From IMG/VR virus record IMGVR_UViG_3300008267_000054, positions 1 to 64,000 of that record: DNA of 64,000 bases; one strand, written 5' to 3'. Below, one piece after another: positions 1-8,262 of the stretch (positions within the stretch are counted from its first letter, which is position 1; the number at the start of each line of letters is the position of its first letter). The position numbers and the translations under genes are program-made. The notes beneath the pieces are model-generated. The model ran no database searches. It had not been told where the DNA came from and saw only the letters and a program-made list of their open reading frames with translations. The DNA is from a virus.

Positions 1-11
1 ATTCCAAAACG

Positions 12-44
12 TTGGAATGTTTGAAAAAAGGTTGTATATTTATA
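12..44 (+). promoter_or_regulatory. Overlapping Bacteroidota-type promoter (TTG-N20-TATATTTA) and phage late motif TATTTATA (37-44)
   Basis: TTG 12-14, TA 35-36; same 20-nt spacing at 2659, 4526 and 15882; TATTTATA recurs before >20 genes. Confidence 0.6.
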
Positions 45-57
45 ATATAACAATCAC

Positions 58-68
58 GTTCTTTAACA
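58..68 (+). promoter_or_regulatory. boxA-like antitermination element
   Basis: GTTCTTTAACA resembles rrn boxA (TGCTCTTTAACA); at the 5' end of the stable-RNA locus; second copy at 1040-1051. Confidence 0.55.
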
Positions 69-69
69 T

Positions 70-918
70 CACAAGATTATCCGTTCAATCAACGGACTTC
101 GGTTCTAGATTGATAAAGATATATTGGCCGCTTATGGTCATTAAATAAACTGGGAAACCAGTATAAAGTGGATCTGCCATGATGAGGTAGATTTGCGGCT
201 TCGCAAGGAGCTTGAGTAAGCAAGCGAGATATCATTGGTCCTTAGTAGTCGAGGGTAACACTGTAGGCGAATTGGATTGGTGACTTGGCAATGTGGGTTG
301 TCAGGTTGAGCTCGGAAGAGCAATAAGAATAACTCGTAGGTGTATTGTAAGAAGTGTAGTTCATCTGACTGCATCATTACGCTCACCAATATAAGAGGCG
401 TCTTAAAACCGAAAGGTATGTAGGTGTACGAGTGGTGTCGTTACTTACCTTGAGATCGATTTACCAGAGTTGGTTTCTCGAAGAGGTCTTAAAGTATGGA
501 AGCAGGGATGTTTCAGAGAGTAGTTTGGTATTGATTCTGCCAAAAGCGGGGTCAGCTAAGTCGTTGGGCCACTACTTTCCTTATCCACAGTCGCTAACTA
601 AATTATGTAAATAATCGAAAAGCAAAAGTGCCCATCAGTCACCGACGAAAGGTGCCTACACAGTAATGGGTTGTCCATTGCCATCAGAGGTCGCAAGCCA
701 ATGGTGAATTGCTTGAAAGGTTTGTAGTCCCGCAAGGATTAATTAGCTCGGCAGAGTTGAACAGATTGAGTACAGTGAGAGTAGTCGAAATACAAGTGAC
801 TCAAGAAGTGGTTGGTCTAACCAACCGGCATTGTTAGGGTAGTACTCAAAAGGTACTGGACAAGAAGGGAAACAATAATCCAACAAAAGTCCTAACACTT
901 AAGCTGTAGTCTCAGGCT
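70..918 (+). ncRNA. Giant structured ncRNA, GOLLD-like (boundaries approximate)
   Basis: ~850 nt with no credible ORF, GC-richer than flanks; many GNRA/UUCG hairpins (84-95, 150-161, 199-210, 408-417, 689-699, 726-740) and other stems (810-826, 841-857); directly upstream of tRNAs in a phage, the typical GOLLD context. Confidence 0.72.
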
Positions 919-933
919 TCTATTATGGTACAT

Positions 934-1005
934 CGCGGGATAGAGCAGAGGTAGCTCGTCAGGCTCATAACCTGAAGGCCGAAGGTTCGAATCCTTCTCC
1001 CGCAA
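934..1005 (+). tRNA. tRNA-fMet (CAT), initiator type, no encoded CCA
   Basis: Acceptor CGCGGGA/TCCCGCA with C1:A72 mismatch; anticodon arm TCAGG-CTCATAA-CCTGA; T loop GGTTCGAATC. Confidence 0.95.
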
Positions 1006-1011
1006 CTAATT

Positions 1012-1040
1012 AGCCCTTCTAACACAAGGGCTTTTTTCTT
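1012..1040 (+). terminator. Intrinsic terminator after tRNA-fMet
   Basis: AGCCCTT-ctaacac-AAGGGCT followed by a T run. Confidence 0.75.
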
Positions 1041-1051
1041 GTTCTTTGACA
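1040..1051 (+). promoter_or_regulatory. Second boxA-like element before tRNA-Glu
   Basis: TGTTCTTTGACA, 3 nt before tRNA-Glu. Confidence 0.5.
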
Positions 1052-1054
1052 CAT

Positions 1055-1128
1055 GCTCCGTTCGTCTAATTGGTTAGGACATCTCCCTTTCACGGAGAAG
1101 CTTACGGGTTCGAGTCCCGTACGGAGTA
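1055..1128 (+). tRNA. tRNA-Glu (TTC), no encoded CCA
   Basis: Acceptor GCTCCGT/ACGGAGT; anticodon arm TCTCC-CTTTCAC-GGAGA; T loop GGTTCGAGTCC. Confidence 0.95.
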
Positions 1129-1130
1129 CA

Positions 1131-1513
1131 ATAGCAGTTCTGTTGCATATAGGAGGAAAATTATATGGAAACACTATCATTTGCTTTTGGTATGCTTGCG
1201 ATGATTGCAGTAGCATTAGTTGCTGTAGTTGTTGTAGGTATGATGAAGGTAATCAAAACTCAAAAAGAAGTAACAACTTTGGCGCAGTGGATGGACCGTA
1301 GGGATACGGATTTACATCAACGAATAAGCAATGAAGTTAATAACCTCGAACGCGTTGTTGCGGATGATCGTAGAGAAATAAACTTGCGTATTGATTCATT
1401 CAATAGCTATGTTGATTCTCGACTCGACAAAATGGAAAACAAATTTATTGGTGCTAACAGTGCCAAAAAACAAATTATTAACGACTAAAAATTAACAAGC
1501 ACAGAACTGCTAT
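1131..1513. repeat. 13-bp perfect inverted repeat (1131-1143 / 1501-1513) enclosing ORF 1165-1488
   Basis: ATAGCAGTTCTGT and ACAGAACTGCTAT are exact reverse complements; extendable by GC/GC with a 1-nt bulge. Confidence 0.9.
1165..1488 (+). CDS. Membrane-anchored coiled-coil protein
   Basis: N-terminal hydrophobic helix, heptad-like body; AGGAGG at 1151-1156. Confidence 0.8.
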   Translation: METLSFAFGMLAMIAVALVAVVVVGMMKVIKTQKEVTTLAQWMDRRDTDLHQRISNEVNNLERVVADDRREINLRIDSFNSYVDSRLDKMENKFIGANSAKKQIIND

Positions 1514-1517
1514 ATTT

Positions 1518-1599
1518 GCCCCTTTGTTGGAATTGGTAGACATCTTAGACTTAGGATCTGAGGCCGCAAGGTGTGAGAGTTCGAGTCTCTCAGGGGGTA
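1518..1599 (+). tRNA. tRNA-Leu (TAG), no encoded CCA
   Basis: Acceptor GCCCCTT/AGGGGGT; anticodon arm TTAGA-CTTAGGA-TCTGA; long variable arm; T loop AGTTCGAGTCT. Confidence 0.93.
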
Positions 1600-1639
1600 C
1601 TAAAATATCTGATATTTATTATTAGCTATAACAAAACAC

Positions 1640-1864
1640 ATGGAAATAACACGCATAAGCAGAATTACCGGTATTACAAGAACTGTTGATCTACCTATTA
1701 CGGAAGAACAGCTTATTGATTATGGCCGTGGTGCACTTATTCAAGATGCTCTGTGGAACTTAACTGCCTCTCAGAGAGAGTTTTTTATGACTGGTATTAC
1801 TGAAGAAGAATGGAATATGTACGTTGAAATAACGGAAGATGACGATGAAGACGAAGCCGAATAA
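1640..1864 (+). CDS. Hypothetical phage protein with acidic tail
   Basis: ORF with A-rich leader after TATTTATT (1613-1620). Confidence 0.75.
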   Translation: MEITRISRITGITRTVDLPITEEQLIDYGRGALIQDALWNLTASQREFFMTGITEEEWNMYVEITEDDDEDEAE

Positions 1865-1979
1865 CGAATTAAGTGACCGCCACATTGCTTGGATTGTCTA
1901 CCACAAGATGGGTATGAAAGTTAAGCCAAGCAAGAAGGTATATAAACGAGCTGCATTTAAAAAGCATAAGGAAGACTAA
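1845..1979 (+). CDS. Small basic protein, 44 aa (MKTKPNNELSDRHIAW...VKPSKKVYKRAAFKKHKED), not in ORF track
   Basis: Translated by hand; fills the gap between neighbouring genes. Confidence 0.55.
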   Translation: MKTKPNNELSDRHIAWIVYHKMGMKVKPSKKVYKRAAFKKHKED

Positions 1980-1989
1980 TTCAGAAACC

Positions 1990-2655
1990 ATGTTCAAAAT
2001 ACTCGATTACCAAATTCCAAAACATCCGTACATTACAAAACCGCTAAAGAACGAATCAGTATTTTCTAAAATGAAGGTACCAGAATTCTTCGATCGGTTT
2101 GGCTATGAACTAACTTACATTGAGTCTGAGTTCCATAAACATAACGGTGTAGATGGACACGTACTTGTACCAGGCTCTCCAACGGATGCGGCCGCTTGTA
2201 TACAAGACTGGATGGTACAAGAAGAAGAGCATGAAAGTATCTTTCTTGATCACTGTCACGTTAATGTAAGATATGCTTATGAAGGAGCTGCTTTGGATCA
2301 AATTAGAGAGTGGAGTCTTATTAACCCAAGATTAACAAAGTTACTAAACATTAAGCCAAAGTATATGGTTGATTTCTGTTTGGATTACATTGTTGGATCT
2401 AAGGTGTATGAACTTATCCATATTGAGCATGACTTTCACGATTATGATCTTTACATGGAACATCTAAAAAGAATGGAAGATCTTATAATGACTACAGACT
2501 GGGAAATGGCTTATCACGATTTACAACACTACTTTAAAAAGGCTTATACCTATGATGAGTATGCACAAGCTCAGTTTAAAGCAAAGTATTATGGTTTAGA
2601 CAAACTTGACTACTTACACGAACCAAAGATGCTTTCCTATAAGAAAGTGTTTTAA
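1990..2655 (+). CDS. Hypothetical protein
   Basis: 221-aa ORF in gene-dense + strand context. Confidence 0.8.
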   Translation: MFKILDYQIPKHPYITKPLKNESVFSKMKVPEFFDRFGYELTYIESEFHKHNGVDGHVLVPGSPTDAAACIQDWMVQEEEHESIFLDHCHVNVRYAYEGAALDQIREWSLINPRLTKLLNIKPKYMVDFCLDYIVGSKVYELIHIEHDFHDYDLYMEHLKRMEDLIMTTDWEMAYHDLQHYFKKAYTYDEYAQAQFKAKYYGLDKLDYLHEPKMLSYKKVF

Positions 2656-2658
2656 GCG

Positions 2659-2689
2659 TTGATTTAAGCGCAAATATTGTCTATATTTC
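2659..2689 (+). promoter_or_regulatory. Bacteroidota-type promoter candidate TTG-N20-TATATTTC
   Basis: Matches -33 TTG / -7 TAnnTT spacing; intergenic. Confidence 0.5.
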
Positions 2690-2703
2690 ATAAACATTTA
2701 GTT

Positions 2704-2874
2704 ATGACATACGTAGTATATGATATGGAGGTTATCTCGAGCTACCTTTTAGAAGCCGAGGAATACGGTCTACTCACGGAAGTAGTTTTTACTGCATTAA
2801 AAGCAATGAAAGATGATTCTACTCTAAGCGAAGCACAGGCCATAACAATAGGGTACGAAGAATGGGTAAAATGA
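2704..2874 (+). CDS. Hypothetical protein
   Basis: ATG at 2704 preferred; stop overlaps next start (ATGA). Confidence 0.65.
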   Translation: MTYVVYDMEVISSYLLEAEEYGLLTEVVFTALKAMKDDSTLSEAQAITIGYEEWVK

Positions 2875-3074
2875 TAAAACTAGTAGCCGATCACGGTATT
2901 GGCGATACAGTGTACTTGATTACAGATCCTGATCAAGAACCAAGATTAGTAACGGGTTTGTTGCTTAAACCCAACGACTTGTTAATGTATGAGGTAGCGT
3001 GGGTTGAAGAAACAAGTTACCACTATGGATTTGAGTTGATTAGTGAACAAGACATATTAAAAAAAATGCAATAA
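2871..3074 (+). CDS. Hypothetical small beta-rich protein
   Basis: ATGA coupling with upstream gene; IGDTVY motif. Confidence 0.7.
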   Translation: MIKLVADHGIGDTVYLITDPDQEPRLVTGLLLKPNDLLMYEVAWVEETSYHYGFELISEQDILKKMQ

Positions 3075-3075
3075 A

Positions 3076-3192
3076 ATGAGCAAGACATCAAACAAACAAA
3101 AGTACGAGTGCCTCGTTCCTTGGCTGGAATGGTTCAAGAAGCAGTATGGTTACAAGAAGCACGTAAAACCACGTAAGACATTTCAGAACTAA
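3076..3192 (+). CDS. Small basic protein, 38 aa (MSKTSNKQKYECLVPWLEWFKKQY...), not in ORF track
   Basis: Translated by hand; TAATG overlap with uvdE start. Confidence 0.55.
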   Translation: MSKTSNKQKYECLVPWLEWFKKQYGYKKHVKPRKTFQN

Positions 3193-4127
3193 TGAATAAT
3201 ATTGGTTACGCTTGCATCAACATGACGTTGGCAGAGAGTAAGATCACAACTGGTCGTACTTGTAGATGGGCTACATTTCAGAAAGAGGGATTTGCACACG
3301 CTTCTAAACTAGCATTGCAAAACTGCAAAGACTTAATTACCATTCTAGAGTGGAATGAGAAAATGGGAATCAAATTCTTTCGGGTAGGTTCAGAACTATT
3401 ACCATGGGGTAATAAGGTAGACATTACGCAGTACCCCGACTTCCACGAAATATGTGATGTACTAAAGCAGGCTGGTTCGGTTGCTAAAAGATCAAACCAA
3501 CGACTAACATTTCATCCTGGTCCATTCAACTTACTAGCCTCTCCAAAAAAAGAGGTAGTTGAAAACACCATTAAAGATTTAGAAATGCACTCGTTGATAT
3601 TTGACTTAATGGGACTAGATCAAACTAGGTATAATAAGATAAACATACACATTGGTGCAACATATGGTGATAAACAAAAAGCAGCAGACACTTGGGTTAG
3701 CAATATCAAACTACTCAGCAAATCTGCACTTAGTAGGTTAACAGTAGAGAATGATGATAAAGCGAGTATGTTCTCAGTTAAAGATCTTTTTCACATGGTG
3801 TTTTTACGCACTGGAGTTCCTATTGTATTTGATATTCATCATCATCGTTTTAATGATGGAGGGTTATCTGAACGCGAGGCCTTAAGCCTTGCAATGAGTA
3901 CTTGGGGTGACATTGTTCCAGTAGTACATTACTCAGAATCTAAGTCTATACACGAAGAGAATAGTAAGATTAGACCACAAGCTCATAGTGACTATATTCA
4001 TGGGCCAATCAATACTTATGGTAAGATAGTTGATGTAATGGTTGAGGCAAAAGCCAAAGAACTTGCCATATTAAAATACCTGCAAAATGAAAAAGCTAGT
4101 TTACTTGTCGATAGTGTTGCTATTTAG
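3192..4127 (+). CDS. uvsE: UV damage repair endonuclease (UvdE/UvsE)
   Basis: IGYACIN, FFRVGS, RLTFHPG, INIHIG, RLTVENDD, PIVFDIHHH, HYSES, AHSDY, MVEAKAKE motifs. Confidence 0.95.
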   Translation: MNNIGYACINMTLAESKITTGRTCRWATFQKEGFAHASKLALQNCKDLITILEWNEKMGIKFFRVGSELLPWGNKVDITQYPDFHEICDVLKQAGSVAKRSNQRLTFHPGPFNLLASPKKEVVENTIKDLEMHSLIFDLMGLDQTRYNKINIHIGATYGDKQKAADTWVSNIKLLSKSALSRLTVENDDKASMFSVKDLFHMVFLRTGVPIVFDIHHHRFNDGGLSEREALSLAMSTWGDIVPVVHYSESKSIHEENSKIRPQAHSDYIHGPINTYGKIVDVMVEAKAKELAILKYLQNEKASLLVDSVAI

Positions 4128-4323
4128 TAGCTGCATTGCAACAGTTGATTTACCAAATGATGACATTTATATTTACAGACCTACACCTCCGGTAAGATGG
4201 TATAATGGATACTATTATCAGTATTATAATCCTGGTGTGCCTCATCACTACACACCACATTACTATCATCCAAGACCACGACCATATCACAACGGACCTC
4301 GTCCACCTAGACCAAGAAGATAA
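4087..4323 (+). CDS. Pro/Tyr-rich lipoprotein
   Basis: Signal peptide with lipobox LFSSC; Pro/Arg/His-rich tail. Confidence 0.7.
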   Translation: MKKLVYLSIVLLFSSCIATVDLPNDDIYIYRPTPPVRWYNGYYYQYYNPGVPHHYTPHYYHPRPRPYHNGPRPPRPRR

Positions 4324-4325
4324 AA

Positions 4326-4496
4326 ATGGCTACACACTATTTAACAAAAGAAGATATTGCGATCCACTTTAAGAAACACATTACAAAAAAGGAGTTAAAG
4401 GCTCAAGCAATTGGGCAAACAATAACCCTTAATGAGGATCAAATAGTAATAATTGCTAATCAGAAATTTTCCAAGTTAGCAAAAGAAGAGAAGTAA
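4326..4496 (+). CDS. Hypothetical 56-aa protein (MATHYLTKEDIAIHF...), not in ORF track
   Basis: Translated by hand; starts 2 nt after previous stop, ends before a terminator. Confidence 0.6.
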   Translation: MATHYLTKEDIAIHFKKHITKKELKAQAIGQTITLNEDQIVIIANQKFSKLAKEEK

Positions 4497-4518
4497 CAGC
4501 GACCTCCAAACTCCCCTT

Positions 4519-4546
4519 AAAAGGCTTGGTTTTCCAAGCCTTTTTT
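4519..4546 (+). terminator. Intrinsic terminator overlapping a TTG-N20-TATATTAT promoter candidate (4526-4556)
   Basis: AAAAGGCTTGG-tttt-CCAAGCCTTTT plus T run. Confidence 0.8.
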
Positions 4547-4576
4547 GTTATATTATTATTTATATGAAAACACACC

Positions 4577-4906
4577 ATGCCAGGAAAAGTAGCAAAAATG
4601 AAATTAGGTCATCTCACAATTAAGGCTGTGTTTCGCCATAAATGGGATTCACCAGATGACCTCTATGTCTCAACAGTTGAGTATAAAACCAAGAGACTTG
4701 GTATTTGGGTTAAACGCACATTAGCAGTTGGCACAAAACTAAAAGGTAGAGCTTTATTTGCAAAAGGCAATCTATTTCCAGTTTACTGGATTGGAGTAGA
4801 TCTTGTCTTTGCTAAATGTTGGCTTGAATTTAGCTGGCGGGTTAAAACATTTAAGATACAAAAGCCTCAAGTTTCTAGAATACACATTCCAGAAGATGGC
4901 TGTTAA
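4577..4906 (+). CDS. Hypothetical protein
   Basis: ORF after TATTTATA 4557-4564. Confidence 0.7.
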   Translation: MPGKVAKMKLGHLTIKAVFRHKWDSPDDLYVSTVEYKTKRLGIWVKRTLAVGTKLKGRALFAKGNLFPVYWIGVDLVFAKCWLEFSWRVKTFKIQKPQVSRIHIPEDGC

Positions 4907-5028
4907 AAAATATAGGTTGATTGGGGAATACCGTCCATACGGGAGAGGGGGTTCAAAGCCAAAGTAATGCCAATCGTAAAAGTAGATGTCCACGCACCCA
5001 TCTTCTACTTTCCTAAAAATACTAAATT

Positions 5029-5322
5029 ATGAACAGACTACACGTTAAATTTATTAAATGGGTAGCCAATAAATTTGGTTACAAAATTGCAATGGTTAAA
5101 GCACTAAATGGAACAACATCCTTCGAAGGTGATAATGAACTATTAAGATATACCGACTTATCAGGTTATCTTTTTAAGAAAGAACCTCTATCTCGTATTC
5201 AACCAAGTAAAGCACCTACATCAGCCAAGGAAATGTTTTTAGCTGAGCCTAAACCCGATGTAAGTAAGATACCACCAATTACAAAATTAACACCTGAACA
5301 ATTAAAAGAAATTGGGTTATGA
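5029..5322 (+). CDS. Hypothetical protein
   Basis: ATGA overlap with thyA. Confidence 0.7.
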   Translation: MNRLHVKFIKWVANKFGYKIAMVKALNGTTSFEGDNELLRYTDLSGYLFKKEPLSRIQPSKAPTSAKEMFLAEPKPDVSKIPPITKLTPEQLKEIGL

Positions 5323-6467
5323 ACAACATAGATAAAGATTATTTAAGTCTTTGTGAAGACATTTTACATACCGGAGTACAAAAGAATACTCGTAATGGTA
5401 AAGTTATAAGTGTATTTGGAAGACAGATCCGTCATAAAATGAGTGATGGATTTCCTTTATTAACAACCAAAAAAATGGCATGGAAACAAATTGTAACAGA
5501 GTTACTTTGGTTTTTAAGAGGTGATACCAACATTAAGTTTCTTTTAGATAACGATTGTCATATTTGGGATGGGGATGCTTATAAGAACTATTTTATCGAA
5601 AAAAGTAAAGAAAGAGGTCCTTTTGGTGTTAGTGGTTTAATTTTACCACAAGAAGAATTCATCAACAAAATCAAAACAGATGATGAGTTTGCTAAGACGT
5701 GGGGTGAATTAGGGTCGATTTATGGTAAGCAATGGAGAAATTGGAAGCAATTCATACCCTATGATGTGACAGAAGAAAATTGTAAAGTTGCAGTTCAAGT
5801 AACAGACCAAATCGCAAACCTAATCAACGACCTTAAAACAAATCCAGACTCAAGACGATTAATGGTTTCAGCTTGGAATGTAGGTGAATTGGATCAAATG
5901 GTACTTCCACCTTGTCATTATGGATTTCAAGTTTATACAAGAGAGTTGAGTTCTGAAGAAGTAGCATTTGAAGCAAATAAACGAGGATTTAACCTTGAAG
6001 GAATGACAATTAGTGGTAAATTGATAATCAACCCTAAAGAAGTTAAAGAACATAACCTACCAACCAGAGCAATCTCTTTAATGTGGAATCAACGAAGTGT
6101 AGATGTTCCATTAGGTTTACCATTCAACATTGCTTCGTATGGTTTATTACTTCATATATTAGCAGAAGCAACAAACATGATACCAGATGAATTGATTGGT
6201 AATTTAGGTGATTGCCACATTTATGAAAATCAAATTGATGGTATTAAAGAACAATTAACGAGAGAGTCATTTGAGTTACCTTCGCTAAATATTAACACAG
6301 AGTTTTGGCCTACTGAAAATGGTTCTTGTGGTGAAGGTCCGTTAGATGCAATTGCAGTGTTTAATGCATTTAAAGATGAAAACTTCTGCAAATGTTTATT
6401 GAATGAAGATATTCAGTTAGGCAATTACAAGTATCATCCAGCAATTAAAATGCCTTTATCAAACTAA
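5319..6467 (+). CDS. thyA: Thymidylate synthase with loop insertions
   Basis: FPLLTTKK, ELLWFLRG, YGKQWR, SRRLMVSAWN, LPPCH, QRSVD..LGLPFNIASY, GDCHIYENQ. Confidence 0.97.
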   Translation: MNNIDKDYLSLCEDILHTGVQKNTRNGKVISVFGRQIRHKMSDGFPLLTTKKMAWKQIVTELLWFLRGDTNIKFLLDNDCHIWDGDAYKNYFIEKSKERGPFGVSGLILPQEEFINKIKTDDEFAKTWGELGSIYGKQWRNWKQFIPYDVTEENCKVAVQVTDQIANLINDLKTNPDSRRLMVSAWNVGELDQMVLPPCHYGFQVYTRELSSEEVAFEANKRGFNLEGMTISGKLIINPKEVKEHNLPTRAISLMWNQRSVDVPLGLPFNIASYGLLLHILAEATNMIPDELIGNLGDCHIYENQIDGIKEQLTRESFELPSLNINTEFWPTENGSCGEGPLDAIAVFNAFKDENFCKCLLNEDIQLGNYKYHPAIKMPLSN

Positions 6468-6703
6468 TGAAAACTCGTATACACGTTAACCAACACAACA
6501 TTAGATCCAACAAGACTAAAGGAACTGAATTACCAGTCATTACAATTAAACAGGGTAAGAAGAACACTTATTGTAATGAGGTAGAAATCCTTGGGCCAAG
6601 TAAAATAGTATACGGTGGTGCTGGGTGTGATACAAAAGCCCTGCTTAGTTGTGGTGCTCGAGTTGTTATTGAAACTGAGGCGGAAGTTAAGATTATAAGT
6701 TAA
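6467..6703 (+). CDS. Hypothetical phage protein
   Basis: TAATG coupling; IHVNQHNIR...LLSCGARVVIET. Confidence 0.75.
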   Translation: MKTRIHVNQHNIRSNKTKGTELPVITIKQGKKNTYCNEVEILGPSKIVYGGAGCDTKALLSCGARVVIETEAEVKIIS

Positions 6704-6718
6704 CCTATTTATATTTAC

Positions 6719-6991
6719 ATGAGGAAATATATTTTATTATTTGCAATACTAATTGGTTTAGCTTCGTGTGAAGTTGATACCTACGATTGTTACACTTTTG
6801 AAGTGCGTACAGAGTTCACATATATTCCGTACAGACCAACACAGGTCACGTATTACGATTATGATCGATGTGGTTTATCCTACTACACTGCACAGCAGGA
6901 AGCTAGATCCAACGAATACATATACAGTTACTACAGCGGTGGTTATTATGTAACAGAATACACAACTTGTAATTTTTGGAGGTCCTGGTAA
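6719..6991 (+). CDS. Tyr/Cys-rich lipoprotein
   Basis: Lipobox GLASC; TATTTATA at 6706-6713. Confidence 0.75.
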   Translation: MRKYILLFAILIGLASCEVDTYDCYTFEVRTEFTYIPYRPTQVTYYDYDRCGLSYYTAQQEARSNEYIYSYYSGGYYVTEYTTCNFWRSW

Positions 6992-7053
6992 TTCAAATTT
7001 ACCGCTTTTGGTTTGATATTTATTAGTAGCGTTACTAATCAAAACCAAAAACC

Positions 7054-8241
7054 ATGAAGAAATTAATTGCACTCTTATCACTAACAATCACGACATTGTT
7101 TGTGAATGCGCAGGATCTAACATTTGATTCTGTTGCTACTATCTCTCCCTACTGGGGATTAAAATTTGAATCCGGTACATCCGGAGATCCGTGGATGAAC
7201 TGCGGACAAACTAATACCAACTTTCAAACAGGTCAACCTTATTTGCTTGCTCGCTTTCCGATCAGATTAGCAAATATGGGAACCAATGTTGCTTACTTTG
7301 GTACGTATGGAGTAACACCTGGTATTACTCATGATTCTTGTTACAATAATCAGTTTACTCAAGCTACTGATTATATTAACATTCCCAACTTTGTATTAGC
7401 TACTATCACGGATTCGTGTGGTAATGTTGTTGGCAGCTCTAGAAAAACGGATTGGAATATTCAAAACAATTCTGTTTTTGTAATGGATAAGTACAATGGA
7501 CAGTGGACCTATCTCACAAATTATTTTGGTACACAACCAACTACTGGTAATGCCGCTAACCCAACCAAAGATTGGTTAGAATCTATTTGTGGTCCACTAG
7601 ACACAACTTTAGCAGTTATAGGCAAAGCACAGATGAACACCTACTACAATAACTGTTTAGTGTGTGACAGCTTAGTGTTATTTCCAAACTATGCATCAGA
7701 TGATTATAGTGTTATTCAATTACCAACAAACTTAGGACCTGGACACTACAAGCTAGTTCTTGCAGGTAATTTTAGCCCGTATGAAACAACTAATTGTTAT
7801 CCAAACACATTAACCGTTCCTTTTTATTGGGATGGTTCTGTTGGTAGTAGCCCAACTTATCCGTACTTTGCTAATGGTGTAACTTACGGTGCTAATACAG
7901 CTTGTGTGCAAGTTCCACCAAATACTCCTACTAACGTTGCATCACAGTTAAATAATGGCATTGTATTGGTAACTTGGACATATCCATCCTACCCACAGAA
8001 TGTAACTGGATTTGAGATTACGCCTATATTTGTTCAAGGTAATACGGAACGTAGTTTAATTAACAGAGCTAAATTTTCTACAAACATTAGCGTTGTATTT
8101 GATGCAGCTCAACTGCGTAATGATGCAATTGCATTAGGTGCTGGTAACGGACCAGCCAAATACAAATTTGCTGTTAAAGCTATTAATGGATCTGTGACTT
8201 CTGTAGAAGTTAAGACTAGGCAAGCTTTGAATGTAAAGTAA
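7054..8241 (+). CDS. Secreted protein with degenerate lysyl-oxidase-like domain and C-terminal FN3 domain
   Basis: Sec signal (..VNA/QD); LLARFPIRLANMGT and LGPGHYKLVLAGN resemble the LOX fold; PPNTPTNV...VTW...YKFAVKAIN is FN3-like. Confidence 0.6.
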   Translation: MKKLIALLSLTITTLFVNAQDLTFDSVATISPYWGLKFESGTSGDPWMNCGQTNTNFQTGQPYLLARFPIRLANMGTNVAYFGTYGVTPGITHDSCYNNQFTQATDYINIPNFVLATITDSCGNVVGSSRKTDWNIQNNSVFVMDKYNGQWTYLTNYFGTQPTTGNAANPTKDWLESICGPLDTTLAVIGKAQMNTYYNNCLVCDSLVLFPNYASDDYSVIQLPTNLGPGHYKLVLAGNFSPYETTNCYPNTLTVPFYWDGSVGSSPTYPYFANGVTYGANTACVQVPPNTPTNVASQLNNGIVLVTWTYPSYPQNVTGFEITPIFVQGNTERSLINRAKFSTNISVVFDAAQLRNDAIALGAGNGPAKYKFAVKAINGSVTSVEVKTRQALNVK

Positions 8242-8262
8242 TATAAACCTTAAAGTAACGCT

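Noticed and set aside
141-614. ORFs 141-389 (-) and 432-614 (+)
   Set aside because: Inside the structured ncRNA, non-ATG starts, no protein-like motifs
1019-1301. ORFs 1019-1216 (-) and 1053-1301 (+)
   Set aside because: Overlap tRNA-Glu and the better-supported ORF 1165-1488
1511-1518. TATATTTG as a host -7 promoter for tRNA-Leu
   Set aside because: It overlaps the first tRNA base, so the start site would fall inside the tRNA
5319-6467. Intron or intein in the long thyA, or a dCMP hydroxymethylase identity
   Set aside because: Frame is continuous, inserts are short with no intein splice motifs, and the dUMP-specific PFN Asn is present
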